DNA of 64,000 bases from Oligoflexales bacterium. Lineage in GTDB: Bacteria > Bdellovibrionota_B > Oligoflexia > Oligoflexales > Bog-1112. Shown here piece by piece: positions 38,020 to 47,257 of the stretch (its first letter is position 1; each line of letters starts with the position of its first letter). The notes under the pieces were generated by a model. That model was not told where the DNA came from and made no database searches. It was given only the letters and a program-made list of their open reading frames with translations. The translations under genes and the position numbers were made by a program. The DNA is taken from NCBI GenBank assembly GCA_045106415.1, contig JBGCEP010000026.1:1-64000 (forward strand), in the 5' to 3' direction.

Positions 38020-39246
38020 TTATTTAATACATTTCACAGCGGCGTCGATGAATAACTGTTTGAAGTTTTTGTGTTTATCTCGGAAATCTTGCCCCATTTG
38101 ATGGATTGCAAGTTCAATTTGCTTTTTTGCTTTAGGGTTGGCTGCCGTTTGTGGTGTTACATTACAAACATGTTTTACAGCATAGAATGCAAATGCATCT
38201 GAAAAAGCATTTGTTCTAGCGAGCATTTCACCCCATGCGCTAAGGCCTTGTCCAGCTATTTGGCCGTTAACAATATTTCCTCTCCAGCCAATGATTTCAT
38301 TTTTTCCTGTAACCCATTTATTGATCCATTTATCGTCAACAACTCGACGAGCGTCAGGGAATACAGAAACGTTGCGGTTCATCTTAGGCTGAACAACACC
38401 AGGAGTGTATTCAAGGAAACCGTCTTCAGGTGTCTCACTTTGGCCAGGTTTAAAGTCATAATAGGCAGCGAAGTCACCCATAGCATCCATACCTGAGTGG
38501 CAGCCAGAACATTTTGAGATGAAAAGATTAGAGTCACCACCAGGAGCGCGATCAACATCAGCGCGGATACTGCTGTCTTCAACTGTATTGTCATGAAATG
38601 ACTCAAGCTCTTTTTCTAAGAAGTAACGGTATGCAAATTTAATAACAGCTCTGTTTGTACCGTCAAAAAAGAATGTTTGTGCAAAGCCTCGTGTACTCAA
38701 AACCCCAGAGACACCACCCGCTGGCATACCTGTTACAGTAGATTGTTTCCCCTTGATAAGGTCAGTTTTTAAATTGAAACCCGTCCCGCCTCCTAATGGA
38801 TCTAGTTGCTGTGTCATTTCTTCATAGTGAGTATTGTTTGTTGTGGCATATGGAGTTTGTATGTCTGAACCTGTATAAATAATGTCATCTGACAGTATTT
38901 TAAAGAAATCGCAGGTTGAGTCGTTAACACAACCAATGAGAGTAACGATCGTGTCGTTGAGGGGGCCGTCAACACTTGCTTCTTCATTTGTAAATGGACG
39001 GAATAAGTTGACAAGCCTTACGGATAGGAAGGCTGTATGGTCAACAGCGATTTTTGCGGCTTCCTCAGGTTTGTTTGCTTCAATGTGAGCTTCCATTTGA
39101 TCAATGATAGCCGTTGAAGGCGCTGCAACGCCGGTAATCCTCGAAAACATACGTTTTGCCGTATCTCTAGGGGCCGCGTGAGCCTCCAAACACAACAGAC
39201 CTGTGGCGGCAATACTCACAAGTAAGCTCGACTTCCATCGCATCAT
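38020..39246 (-). CDS. Secreted single-CxxCH protein (DUF1588/DUF1585-like, putative c-type cytochrome)
   Basis: Signal peptide (AHA-A), GVLSTR, CSGCHSGMD, G...WGEMLA.T.AF. Confidence 0.72.
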   Translation of the reverse strand: MMRWKSSLLVSIAATGLLCLEAHAAPRDTAKRMFSRITGVAAPSTAIIDQMEAHIEANKPEEAAKIAVDHTAFLSVRLVNLFRPFTNEEASVDGPLNDTIVTLIGCVNDSTCDFFKILSDDIIYTGSDIQTPYATTNNTHYEEMTQQLDPLGGGTGFNLKTDLIKGKQSTVTGMPAGGVSGVLSTRGFAQTFFFDGTNRAVIKFAYRYFLEKELESFHDNTVEDSSIRADVDRAPGGDSNLFISKCSGCHSGMDAMGDFAAYYDFKPGQSETPEDGFLEYTPGVVQPKMNRNVSVFPDARRVVDDKWINKWVTGKNEIIGWRGNIVNGQIAGQGLSAWGEMLARTNAFSDAFAFYAVKHVCNVTPQTAANPKAKKQIELAIHQMGQDFRDKHKNFKQLFIDAAVKCIK

Positions 39247-39308
39247 TCATTTCTCCTTGTAGGACGAATCAGACGATCTAACACACACACCGTGCTTAGA
39301 CATAAACT

Positions 39309-39335
39309 CTTTCGGCTTTTGGCTATCTATTTTTA
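39309..39335 (-). promoter_or_regulatory. sigma28/FliA-type promoter
   Basis: TAAA-N15-GCCGAAAG on the minus strand, 63 nt upstream of ATG 39246. Confidence 0.65.
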
Positions 39336-39518
39336 AGGTTAAATAAAGATTATTTATTAAACGCTATGATATCAGTGTGTTCTCTTGATCTCGCGAGGAG
39401 CTAGAAACCAACTTTTATCTGAGGACACCGATATAGATTTACTATCTAGTCGCGTTAATAAAAATCCATGTCTCAAAAGTCGATGTGTGCTATAAGGAGT
39501 TGTGTTATTGGAGTGTTT

Positions 39519-40340
39519 ATGAAGATTTTTATTTTGCTTTTTATTAATTTTTCAATGTTTTTTTGTTTGCAGGCGGTGGAGGCGACTCCCTCCATAAAAA
39601 GAGAATTGTCAGGTATTAAGAAAAAGCCACATGATATAAAATTGTTAAAGGATAAGACTTCAAATATTTTACTTTATGAAGAGAGACTTTTGTCTCCATA
39701 TTTAAATTCAGAGGATCTTTATGCTTTTCAAACGCTGAGCTTGCAAATCAAAAATATGGTGGTGCCCTCTTTGCATCGCCTGCAATTAAATCAGGGGTTT
39801 AGAGAAGATGTTTTTTTTAAAATGTTGCGATCTGCAACGCGTGTTGTACAAAAAGAAATGTCTGTGAGTTCTAGTGATTTATTTTTAGCAACGTACTTAT
39901 TTTTGAGTCGTTTAAGTATCCACAGCGTAAAGGGCAAGGTGGATCAAATGAAGTTTCCTATGCATTTGAGGAATCCGGTCGATAGAATGAGAATTCCCCC
40001 GCCTCAAGCTGGAGGTGGGATTCAAAGTATTGATGCGTGTCTTTTGTTTCTTCAACAAAAAATTCCAATGGTGGCAAAGACTTATTTATTTCGTATTGCG
40101 AAAAATTACCAGCTAACTTCGAAATCAATGGCAGAGCTTCGCTGCTCTTCTGTAAATGAAATGTTTTCACCTCTTCATTTGAAATATGTATTTTCTCTTT
40201 GGCGAGATGCCCTTTTGTCGGTGAAACAACATTCGTGGGAAAGTTTTGAGATTTTTGAAAACACTCTCATATTAAACGAAAATGATTTGTCGAACTTTCC
40301 TTTTTGTAAAATCTTTTATAATCTTCAATCTCGGCTGTGA
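39519..40340 (+). CDS. Hypothetical secreted protein
   Basis: Long ORF with signal-like N-terminus after GGAG; alternative start 39468. Confidence 0.6.
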   Translation: MKIFILLFINFSMFFCLQAVEATPSIKRELSGIKKKPHDIKLLKDKTSNILLYEERLLSPYLNSEDLYAFQTLSLQIKNMVVPSLHRLQLNQGFREDVFFKMLRSATRVVQKEMSVSSSDLFLATYLFLSRLSIHSVKGKVDQMKFPMHLRNPVDRMRIPPPQAGGGIQSIDACLLFLQQKIPMVAKTYLFRIAKNYQLTSKSMAELRCSSVNEMFSPLHLKYVFSLWRDALLSVKQHSWESFEIFENTLILNENDLSNFPFCKIFYNLQSRL

Positions 40341-40538
40341 ATTTATTTTTTCTACGTTTATAGTTTGAAATATTTTTCAAAGAAATTTTATGAAGAAAGT
40401 GTTGCGCAGATAATGTGTTTGTGTTGAGTTTTATACAGTGAATTTATTATGAATTATTGAAAATTAAGCATTTTTCTTTTTGTCGTGTCTTTGTATTATG
40501 GCTGTTAGCATTTTAAACTATTATTTTTTTGATGATCC

Positions 40539-41003
40539 ATGGAAATTATGATGAATAGCGCAGAGGTTGTGGCATCGATTACAAAGTCATACCAAGATAT
40601 TGTCGTGAAAAAAGCTTATGGTGAAACAACTTTTTTTTATAATAAAAACTTGATTTTGCCTCATGGTGCCTATTTTTTAACGATTAAAGAACAAGACGGG
40701 CCAAATGATAAGCAGTCATGTCTTTATCGTGATTCGGTGTATCGATTGTCTTGGTGTATTGGTCGCAAGAAATATCAGGAAATTTTTGGCGACGTGCCAA
40801 AAAGGAAAAAGAAAAATGACCTGAACCTAGATGCTGATTTCTCAAAAATAAATAAGTTGTTGCCTCATCCTATTTATTCTTGGATGTCATGGGTGATGCT
40901 TTTGTCACCAGATCAAAAAACCTTTCAAAAATACAGCGCCTTGATTGACATAAGCTATCAACAGGCGGTCGAAAAATTTCAACATCGGATGAGATCGAAT
41001 TAA
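40539..41003 (+). CDS. DUF6194-like protein
   Basis: YGETTFFYN, YFLTIKEQDGPND, LLPHPIYSWMSWV. Confidence 0.75.
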   Translation: MEIMMNSAEVVASITKSYQDIVVKKAYGETTFFYNKNLILPHGAYFLTIKEQDGPNDKQSCLYRDSVYRLSWCIGRKKYQEIFGDVPKRKKKNDLNLDADFSKINKLLPHPIYSWMSWVMLLSPDQKTFQKYSALIDISYQQAVEKFQHRMRSN

Positions 41004-41061
41004 ATCTTTTAGAATCCTACGCTCTGTTATAATTGTTTTATAAAATTATGATGGAGATGGT

Positions 41062-41922
41062 ATGTTTTTGCGATTTTTTTCAGTGTGTTTCTTGTTATGG
41101 GTCATAGGGTGTGATGATCCACATAAAGAGGAAATAGGATCTGTTACCGCGGAGTTGAAAAGCACGAAGCTATCAAGTCAAAGTTTAGCTTTGGCCGATG
41201 GTGTTGTTTTAAAAAATATAACAGGCCTCGCCGACTCCTTAGGGTTTAACTTTACAGAAGATCTTGCGTGTGGTTTCAATGTGTGGGGGGCAGATAGCCA
41301 AACAACAAAGTCAGGCTTAGAAGGCAGAAGTTATGAAAAATTTAATCTTGGAGACCCTGTTTCGTGGGAGTCAATTGGTGGGGGGCTCCAAGGAGATTGT
41401 GATTCGGCTGTTGTTGCGCAAGTTGAATCGTACTTTGTTTATATGGACTTACATCTTACTGTCGATGGGGTTGAAAAGACGGTGAGAGCTTATATGGGGC
41501 AGCAGGCACCTTTTGAGGCGGGAGATATTGTTTTAAAAAATGGAGAAATACTTTCTTGGTATGATAAAGATGCTGAGGCTTTGGTGCCGTCTTCTGTAGC
41601 TCGTCCTGCAAATCCAGCTCGCTTTGTTTTGACTAAAGAGGTGCCGTGGTATGACAATAATGGGACTGAGAAAATTGTCATGATGGAATTTCGTATGAAT
41701 ACGGATGTTTCGACATATACAGTCACTAAGCAAACAGGTCATGTCGTCATCGATGTCGATTTCACAAACTCTGGTTTATCCATCCCAGATACGAGTGATG
41801 ATGCGAGTTTATTAAAAACGATTCAATTACCATTTTTAGAGACTGATAATTATAACAGCCTTTTGATTGCTTCGTTGACCTTGTTTGAAGATCGGCCGGA
41901 CGATACGCTTGTGAAGGAATAA
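41062..41922 (+). CDS. Hypothetical lipoprotein
   Basis: WVIGC lipobox, RBS GGAG. Confidence 0.75.
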   Translation: MFLRFFSVCFLLWVIGCDDPHKEEIGSVTAELKSTKLSSQSLALADGVVLKNITGLADSLGFNFTEDLACGFNVWGADSQTTKSGLEGRSYEKFNLGDPVSWESIGGGLQGDCDSAVVAQVESYFVYMDLHLTVDGVEKTVRAYMGQQAPFEAGDIVLKNGEILSWYDKDAEALVPSSVARPANPARFVLTKEVPWYDNNGTEKIVMMEFRMNTDVSTYTVTKQTGHVVIDVDFTNSGLSIPDTSDDASLLKTIQLPFLETDNYNSLLIASLTLFEDRPDDTLVKE

Positions 41923-41946
41923 AGTTCACTATGAATCGTTGTTGTC

Positions 41947-43074
41947 TTATTTGTGTGCCGCGGTATCTTGACCACTGATTTTGTGAAAAATAGCCACGAG
42001 GTAAGGAGTGGGAAGAAAGCCCCCGACTTCTTTACCGTTAATAATGAGAAGCGGTGTGCCTCGAACGTTATAGTGTTGGCTTACGGCGAGGTGGTCTTTA
42101 ATCGCACTGCGAGATTCTTTACTTCGGTAACAGTTCTGGATGTTGTACTGTGACGCAAGGCTGTCTAAGTATGTTGGAGATATTTGATCTTGATGATCGA
42201 ATATTTCGTTGTGTATTTCTTCGAACCGATCTCCAGCACAAGCTGCGATTCGGCTGGCTTGGCATGCCTGAGGGTGAGGGCCGTAGCCAACAGGAATCTG
42301 ATAGTTACAGCTATCATCCATAGGGTAGAAGAAAAATTGCGCATTGACTAAGTGTTTAAATGGTTTGATAGCTGCAGGTAAAAAGTCACGAAGAGCCCTG
42401 CAGGCAGGGCATTGGAAATCTGAAAAAATACTGATCCGAATCGGAGCGTCCTTGAATTTTTCTGTGCTTTGATGGAGCCAGAATCCTGACTCTTGTGAAG
42501 GGTCTCCAACAAGAGGGGCTTTTTCAAAAAGTTTTTCTGCTTTTGGCGTAACTTCTGTCAGGGTATTTTGACCCGCAGGAGTCCATAGAAAAAATAGAGC
42601 GATGACAGCAATGCCGAGACTCCCCTGGCTAAAGACAGGGAGTAGAGGAGGGAGTATCATCGACTGATATCCGACTGCAAAAAGAGCTAGAAAAGAAGCT
42701 AGATAATACAAAGAACAGGCAGGACATAATCCACCTAAAGCAAGAATCGAATAAGCCCCGAGGGCAAGGCACCCGAGAGCATTCACAAGAGCAAGGCTGC
42801 GTGTGGATGCTAAAAAGAAACTAGGAAAAGCTGCTGCGATGAGAAAAAGAAGACCTGTAACAGCGCCAAAAACCCCTAAAGGGATACCAAAGATTGCACC
42901 AATAGGGGAAAGAGCTGTTTGGTCACAGTTCCAAAAACTGGAAAGATTACACAAGCCGTGAGGTTCATCGGCTGTAGGGAAGTGGACTTGGAAATAATGT
43001 TGGGTGAGGTATAACCCGAGGGCCATCATAGATAAACTACTTACAACAAGGATCCAACGTTTCCAAGGGGCCAT
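41947..43074 (-). CDS. VKOR-family membrane protein fused to a DsbA-like thioredoxin domain
   Basis: C-x7-C loop, LCPAC in TM segment, FSDFQCPAC, GTP cis-Pro loop; start trimmed to just after the era stop. Confidence 0.88.
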   Translation of the reverse strand: MAPWKRWILVVSSLSMMALGLYLTQHYFQVHFPTADEPHGLCNLSSFWNCDQTALSPIGAIFGIPLGVFGAVTGLLFLIAAAFPSFFLASTRSLALVNALGCLALGAYSILALGGLCPACSLYYLASFLALFAVGYQSMILPPLLPVFSQGSLGIAVIALFFLWTPAGQNTLTEVTPKAEKLFEKAPLVGDPSQESGFWLHQSTEKFKDAPIRISIFSDFQCPACRALRDFLPAAIKPFKHLVNAQFFFYPMDDSCNYQIPVGYGPHPQACQASRIAACAGDRFEEIHNEIFDHQDQISPTYLDSLASQYNIQNCYRSKESRSAIKDHLAVSQHYNVRGTPLLIINGKEVGGFLPTPYLVAIFHKISGQDTAAHK

Positions 43075-43075
43075 A

Positions 43076-44011
43076 TCACTCTCCGCCAGGGTTAAATTGC
43101 AATTCGGCAATAGCTCGCGCTTCATCCATCCAACCTTGCTGGACTTGGACGTGAAGGTCAAGGAAAACTGGTGTTTCAAAGTAGGATTCTAACGATTCAC
43201 GTGCAGCCTGGCCGATAGACTTAAGCCTTTGGCCTCGTTTTCCAATGACCATACCTTTATGGCTATCTCGGCTGACTATTAAGCTGCCATGTACAACGTG
43301 CATCAGTTTTGGTTCTGTTTTTTCTTCAACCGAATCGACTCTTACACTTGCTCCATATGGAAGCTCTTGGCCTGTTTGCCTAAACAGTTGCTCACGAATA
43401 AGTTCTGAAAGGATGAGCTTTTCAGGAGAAGCGCTCATTTCGTCTTCATCAAATAACATCGGTCCTTCAGGAATCATATCCATCCATAAAGAACGGAGGT
43501 CCTCAAGGCTTGTACGGCGGCGGGCTGAAATTAATTTGATTTTTGGCTTTGGCTTATCTTCAGGAATTTTACAAGCAGACAAACCTGCTTCAACACTGAC
43601 TAGACCTTGCTGAATGATAGTTTTTTTAACAGCATCTTCTTTTGTGACTAAAATCATAATTGGTGATGAAGTCCGCGCTATTAATTTTTCAATGAGAGCC
43701 TGGTCTGCAGGCTGCCAGCCTGCGGTTCCGTCGATCAGATAGCAAACCACATCTGCGTCTTGTACAACACCCCAGGCTTCTTGATTCATCAGCTGATTTA
43801 AACGAGGCTTGCCTTTGGCTTTGTGGAGACCTGGGGTATCAAGGAAGACTAACTGGCGGTCGTCTTCAGTAAAAATACCAGTGATGCGATTGCGTGTTGT
43901 TTGTGCTTTACGGCTGACGCCTGCAATTTTACAACCAATCATAGCGTTTAAAAGTGTGCTTTTTCCTGCGTTAGGTCGGCCAAGAAAAGCGATGTATCCA
44001 CAAAATGACAT
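43076..44011 (-). CDS. era: GTPase Era
   Basis: GRPNAGKST, QTTR, DTPG, ELPY, KH domain VIGKRG..LK.IG. Confidence 0.95.
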   Translation of the reverse strand: MSFCGYIAFLGRPNAGKSTLLNAMIGCKIAGVSRKAQTTRNRITGIFTEDDRQLVFLDTPGLHKAKGKPRLNQLMNQEAWGVVQDADVVCYLIDGTAGWQPADQALIEKLIARTSSPIMILVTKEDAVKKTIIQQGLVSVEAGLSACKIPEDKPKPKIKLISARRRTSLEDLRSLWMDMIPEGPMLFDEDEMSASPEKLILSELIREQLFRQTGQELPYGASVRVDSVEEKTEPKLMHVVHGSLIVSRDSHKGMVIGKRGQRLKSIGQAARESLESYFETPVFLDLHVQVQQGWMDEARAIAELQFNPGGE

Positions 44012-44103
44012 ATAAAAACCCCGTTCGTTTATACGAAGAAGCGCATTATAGCACAATTATTTCTGATAATAAACACTAATAAGTTTTTAGATTTAAAGGG
44101 GTT

Positions 44104-44137
44104 ACGATCACGACGGTTTGAGCCTCATCGTGATCGT
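44104..44137. terminator. Hairpin downstream of the degP-like gene (possible terminator)
   Basis: ACGATCACGA...TCGTGATCGT inverted repeat; weak U-tail. Confidence 0.5.
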
Positions 44138-44144
44138 TATGATT

Positions 44145-45596
44145 TTAAGGCTGATTAATGGAGACGAAGTAGTAGACTCGCTCTCTTTCAACTTGTAGGA
44201 CGTGAGATTTTTTTGATTTTAAAACTTGTTCGAAATTTTCAACAGAGTGAACAGCTTTTCCGTTAATTCTTCGCACAACGTCTCCTGGACGCAGATGTGC
44301 TTTTTCAGCAGGACTTTTACTCTCAACGTGAGTAATAACGACACCTTCGTTTGATTCAAATTGATATTTTTGTTTGAGGTCTTTTGTTACTTTTTGGCTT
44401 AAGATGCCAAAAGTGTGCTTTATATTTTGCTGACCCTCATTACGTTGAGGCTCTAAGCTTTGAGCTGTGCCAAGCTTCATAGAGATGACTTTGCTTTTTC
44501 CGTCACGCAGAAGCTTAAGCTTTACTGTTTCTTTAGGTTGTTGCATCCCAATTGTGTATTGCAGATCACTTGTTGATTTCACAGTATGCTCTTCGCCATC
44601 AGTGGTCATGACAGATGTGACTACGTCACCCTCTAGAAGCTTTCCTGCAGAAGGCCCATCTGGCATGACTTGTGCAATCAATGCACCTTGAAGGTCTTTT
44701 GGGAAACCAAAGCCTTCTATGAGTTGTTCTGTGAGAGGTTGCAATTGAACGCCTAAAAATCCTCGTTGGATAGAACCTTCATTAATAAGGCGTGTGGCAA
44801 TGTCTCTTACTATATTTGAAGGGATGGCAAAGCCAATGCCATTTGAAGCACCTGATTTGGAGAAGATAGCAGTATTCATGCCGACAACTTCACCGTGTGT
44901 GTTTAGAAGGGGCCCACCGCTGTTTCCTGGGTTAATAGTAGAGTCGGTTTGAATAAATCTTTCATACTTTACAATACGGAGTTCTCTTCTGTGGACAGCT
45001 GAAACAATCCCCAAAGAAGCACTGCCTTGAAGCCCAAAGGGAGCACCGTCAGCAAGAACAAAGGCTCCTGCTTGGAGGTTGTCTGAGTCTCCAAGCCTGA
45101 GGGCTGCAATGTCATGTTTATCAAATTTTTCAGTGATTTGAACAACTGCAATATCTGTTCCAGGGTCTCGTCCGACTATTTTGCCTTTGTAGGTTTTTTC
45201 ATTGTTGAGCTTTAATGAGATTTCATCAGCGCCATCGACTACATGGTTATTGGTGAGGATGTAGCCTTTATCTAGGTCGACAATAAAGCCAGAACCTTGG
45301 CCGTCTTGTTTTCTTTCTTTTGGTTGTTGAGGTTGATGCTGTCGTCGCGCTTCATCTCCAAAGAGGTATTCGAAAAGGTCGACAGCCTGTGGAGAGGATA
45401 TTGTTTTTGAAACAGAAACAAAAACAAGGCCTTGTCTTGCGCTCTCAACAAGTTTTTCTGTATCCTTTGAAACTTTTTGTAAAAAAGTTTGAGGGACAGG
45501 GGATTTTAAGGAAGGTGTAAATTCATATCGACTTTTTGCGGAAGATATGCCGCTAAAAAGTATAGATAATGACATAAGCAAGCATTGTAGTTTCAC
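44145..45596 (-). CDS. DegP/HtrA (Do) serine endoprotease with two PDZ domains
   Basis: GSGFI, TNNHV, TDIAV, INPGNSGGPL, two PDZ-like domains, signal peptide. Confidence 0.93.
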   Translation of the reverse strand: MKLQCLLMSLSILFSGISSAKSRYEFTPSLKSPVPQTFLQKVSKDTEKLVESARQGLVFVSVSKTISSPQAVDLFEYLFGDEARRQHQPQQPKERKQDGQGSGFIVDLDKGYILTNNHVVDGADEISLKLNNEKTYKGKIVGRDPGTDIAVVQITEKFDKHDIAALRLGDSDNLQAGAFVLADGAPFGLQGSASLGIVSAVHRRELRIVKYERFIQTDSTINPGNSGGPLLNTHGEVVGMNTAIFSKSGASNGIGFAIPSNIVRDIATRLINEGSIQRGFLGVQLQPLTEQLIEGFGFPKDLQGALIAQVMPDGPSAGKLLEGDVVTSVMTTDGEEHTVKSTSDLQYTIGMQQPKETVKLKLLRDGKSKVISMKLGTAQSLEPQRNEGQQNIKHTFGILSQKVTKDLKQKYQFESNEGVVITHVESKSPAEKAHLRPGDVVRRINGKAVHSVENFEQVLKSKKSHVLQVERERVYYFVSINQP

Positions 45597-46041
45597 AAGA
45601 CACTCCTAATCTAAAAATGTGAGACAGGTGGTGTAAACACCGTTTTCTTTATTTTAATATGCCTGACAGGGAGTGAGAATTGCATAAGAGATCGAAATTT
45701 TTGTGAGCTAGGGTATTTAGAGTGTGAGATTGATAGGAGCCGGAGCAAGAAAGAAAGGAGTGATACAAAAGACAAGCGAAGCTATGAAGAATTTGCATCA
45801 TGACTGGATTTGGCATGGTTTTTTATCTTTGCTGGTTGTAGTGCTTTTGAAAAGTTATTTAATAAATCGGCATGGTGTTGTGAGTGAGTGGTTTATTTTT
45901 TTGAGTAAGTTGTTTTTTGTAAAATCTCTGCGAGATTATGCCATAACTTCAAACTCTTTCGAATGAACAGATTTCTTAAGTCTGTGTAAGAGTTTGTATT
46001 CAAGTTTGGTTCATGATGCTTTGTAACTTTGTAAGCAAGGC

Positions 46042-47169
46042 TTACTCTTGTGGAAAATTATTATGAGAGCCGCGGCAATTGATAACGATCTGTTGCTGGA
46101 GCCATAAGTCTATAATGGTGAGATGAGCCATAGCTTCCACGATAGGGACAGCTCGAGGTAACACACAAGGGTCGTGTCGACCTTTATGAGGGGGGCAGAT
46201 TGTAGATTGCCCGTTTCTATCGACGCTTTGTTGAGGTTTTTGAATAGTGGAGGTGGGCTTAAAAGCAATGCGCATATCAAGAGGTAAACCATTACTAATG
46301 CCGCCTTGTACGCCTCCAGCGTTATTACTTTGAGGGGTTATGTTCTGATTTTTATCAAGGCCTAAAGGGTCGTTGTGTTCCGATCCTTTGAGTTGTGTGC
46401 CTGAGAAACCACTGCCTATTTCAAAGCCTTTCGTTGCAGGAATACTCATCATCGCCATAGCCATAACTGCCTGAAGTTTATGAAACACAGGTTCTCCTAT
46501 TCCTTTTGGAACACCTTGAACAAGACAGCGTATGATTCCACCGAGGCTGTCGCCATCGTTTTTTGTTTTTTCAATAGCTTCCATCATGAGTGTCGAGTGT
46601 TTATGACAAGGGCATCTTACAGGTGTGTTTTCAATCTTTTTCGCATCCTTTTGGCACCATTGAGCATCAAAAGGATATTGGCATTCAATTTGTCCGACTG
46701 TTTGTACATAAGCGGTGGCGAGGTATTGGGGGTAGCGTTGTTGAAGTATTTGGCAAGCAATAGAGCCGGCAATGACTCGAGCTAAAGTTTCACGCGCACT
46801 TGCTCTGCCCCCACCGGAGAGTGCAAGAAGTCCGTATTTTTCTAAAGTTGTAGTGTCGGCGTGACCAGGGCGTAAGGCTGTTTGTTTATACTCTTTTGGA
46901 TTTGCATCTTTGTTCTTGACGTAAAAACTTAATGGAGTTCCTAAAGAGACTCCGTTTTCAAGCCCACTCAAACATTCAACTCTGTCTTCTTCTTGACGTG
47001 GAGAAGTTAAAGAGCTTTGTCCTGGTTTGCGTTTATCAAGCTCAAGCTGAATTTTTTGAAGATCAACTTTATATCCTGGAGGACAGCCATCGATGGTACA
47101 ACCAACAGCGATACCATGCGACTCACCAAATGTCATGACTCGAAAATATTGACCCCATAGGTTTGACAT
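46042..47169 (-). CDS. aroC: Chorismate synthase
   Basis: GESHG, RPGHAD, GGGRASARET, FKPTSTI, GRHDPCV. Confidence 0.96.
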   Translation of the reverse strand: MSNLWGQYFRVMTFGESHGIAVGCTIDGCPPGYKVDLQKIQLELDKRKPGQSSLTSPRQEEDRVECLSGLENGVSLGTPLSFYVKNKDANPKEYKQTALRPGHADTTTLEKYGLLALSGGGRASARETLARVIAGSIACQILQQRYPQYLATAYVQTVGQIECQYPFDAQWCQKDAKKIENTPVRCPCHKHSTLMMEAIEKTKNDGDSLGGIIRCLVQGVPKGIGEPVFHKLQAVMAMAMMSIPATKGFEIGSGFSGTQLKGSEHNDPLGLDKNQNITPQSNNAGGVQGGISNGLPLDMRIAFKPTSTIQKPQQSVDRNGQSTICPPHKGRHDPCVLPRAVPIVEAMAHLTIIDLWLQQQIVINCRGSHNNFPQE

Positions 47170-47257
47170 GTTCTCTCCTTGTTACGTCATAGGCCGAGAG
47201 GGCATCTTACTCAGAGCTTGGTCTATCGACAAGGTGAACGTCGCTGTGCCACGGGTT

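Noticed and set aside
45724..45966. 80-aa ORF between the degP-like gene and aroC
   Set aside because: No clear RBS or recognisable motif; lies antisense in a promoter-containing gap
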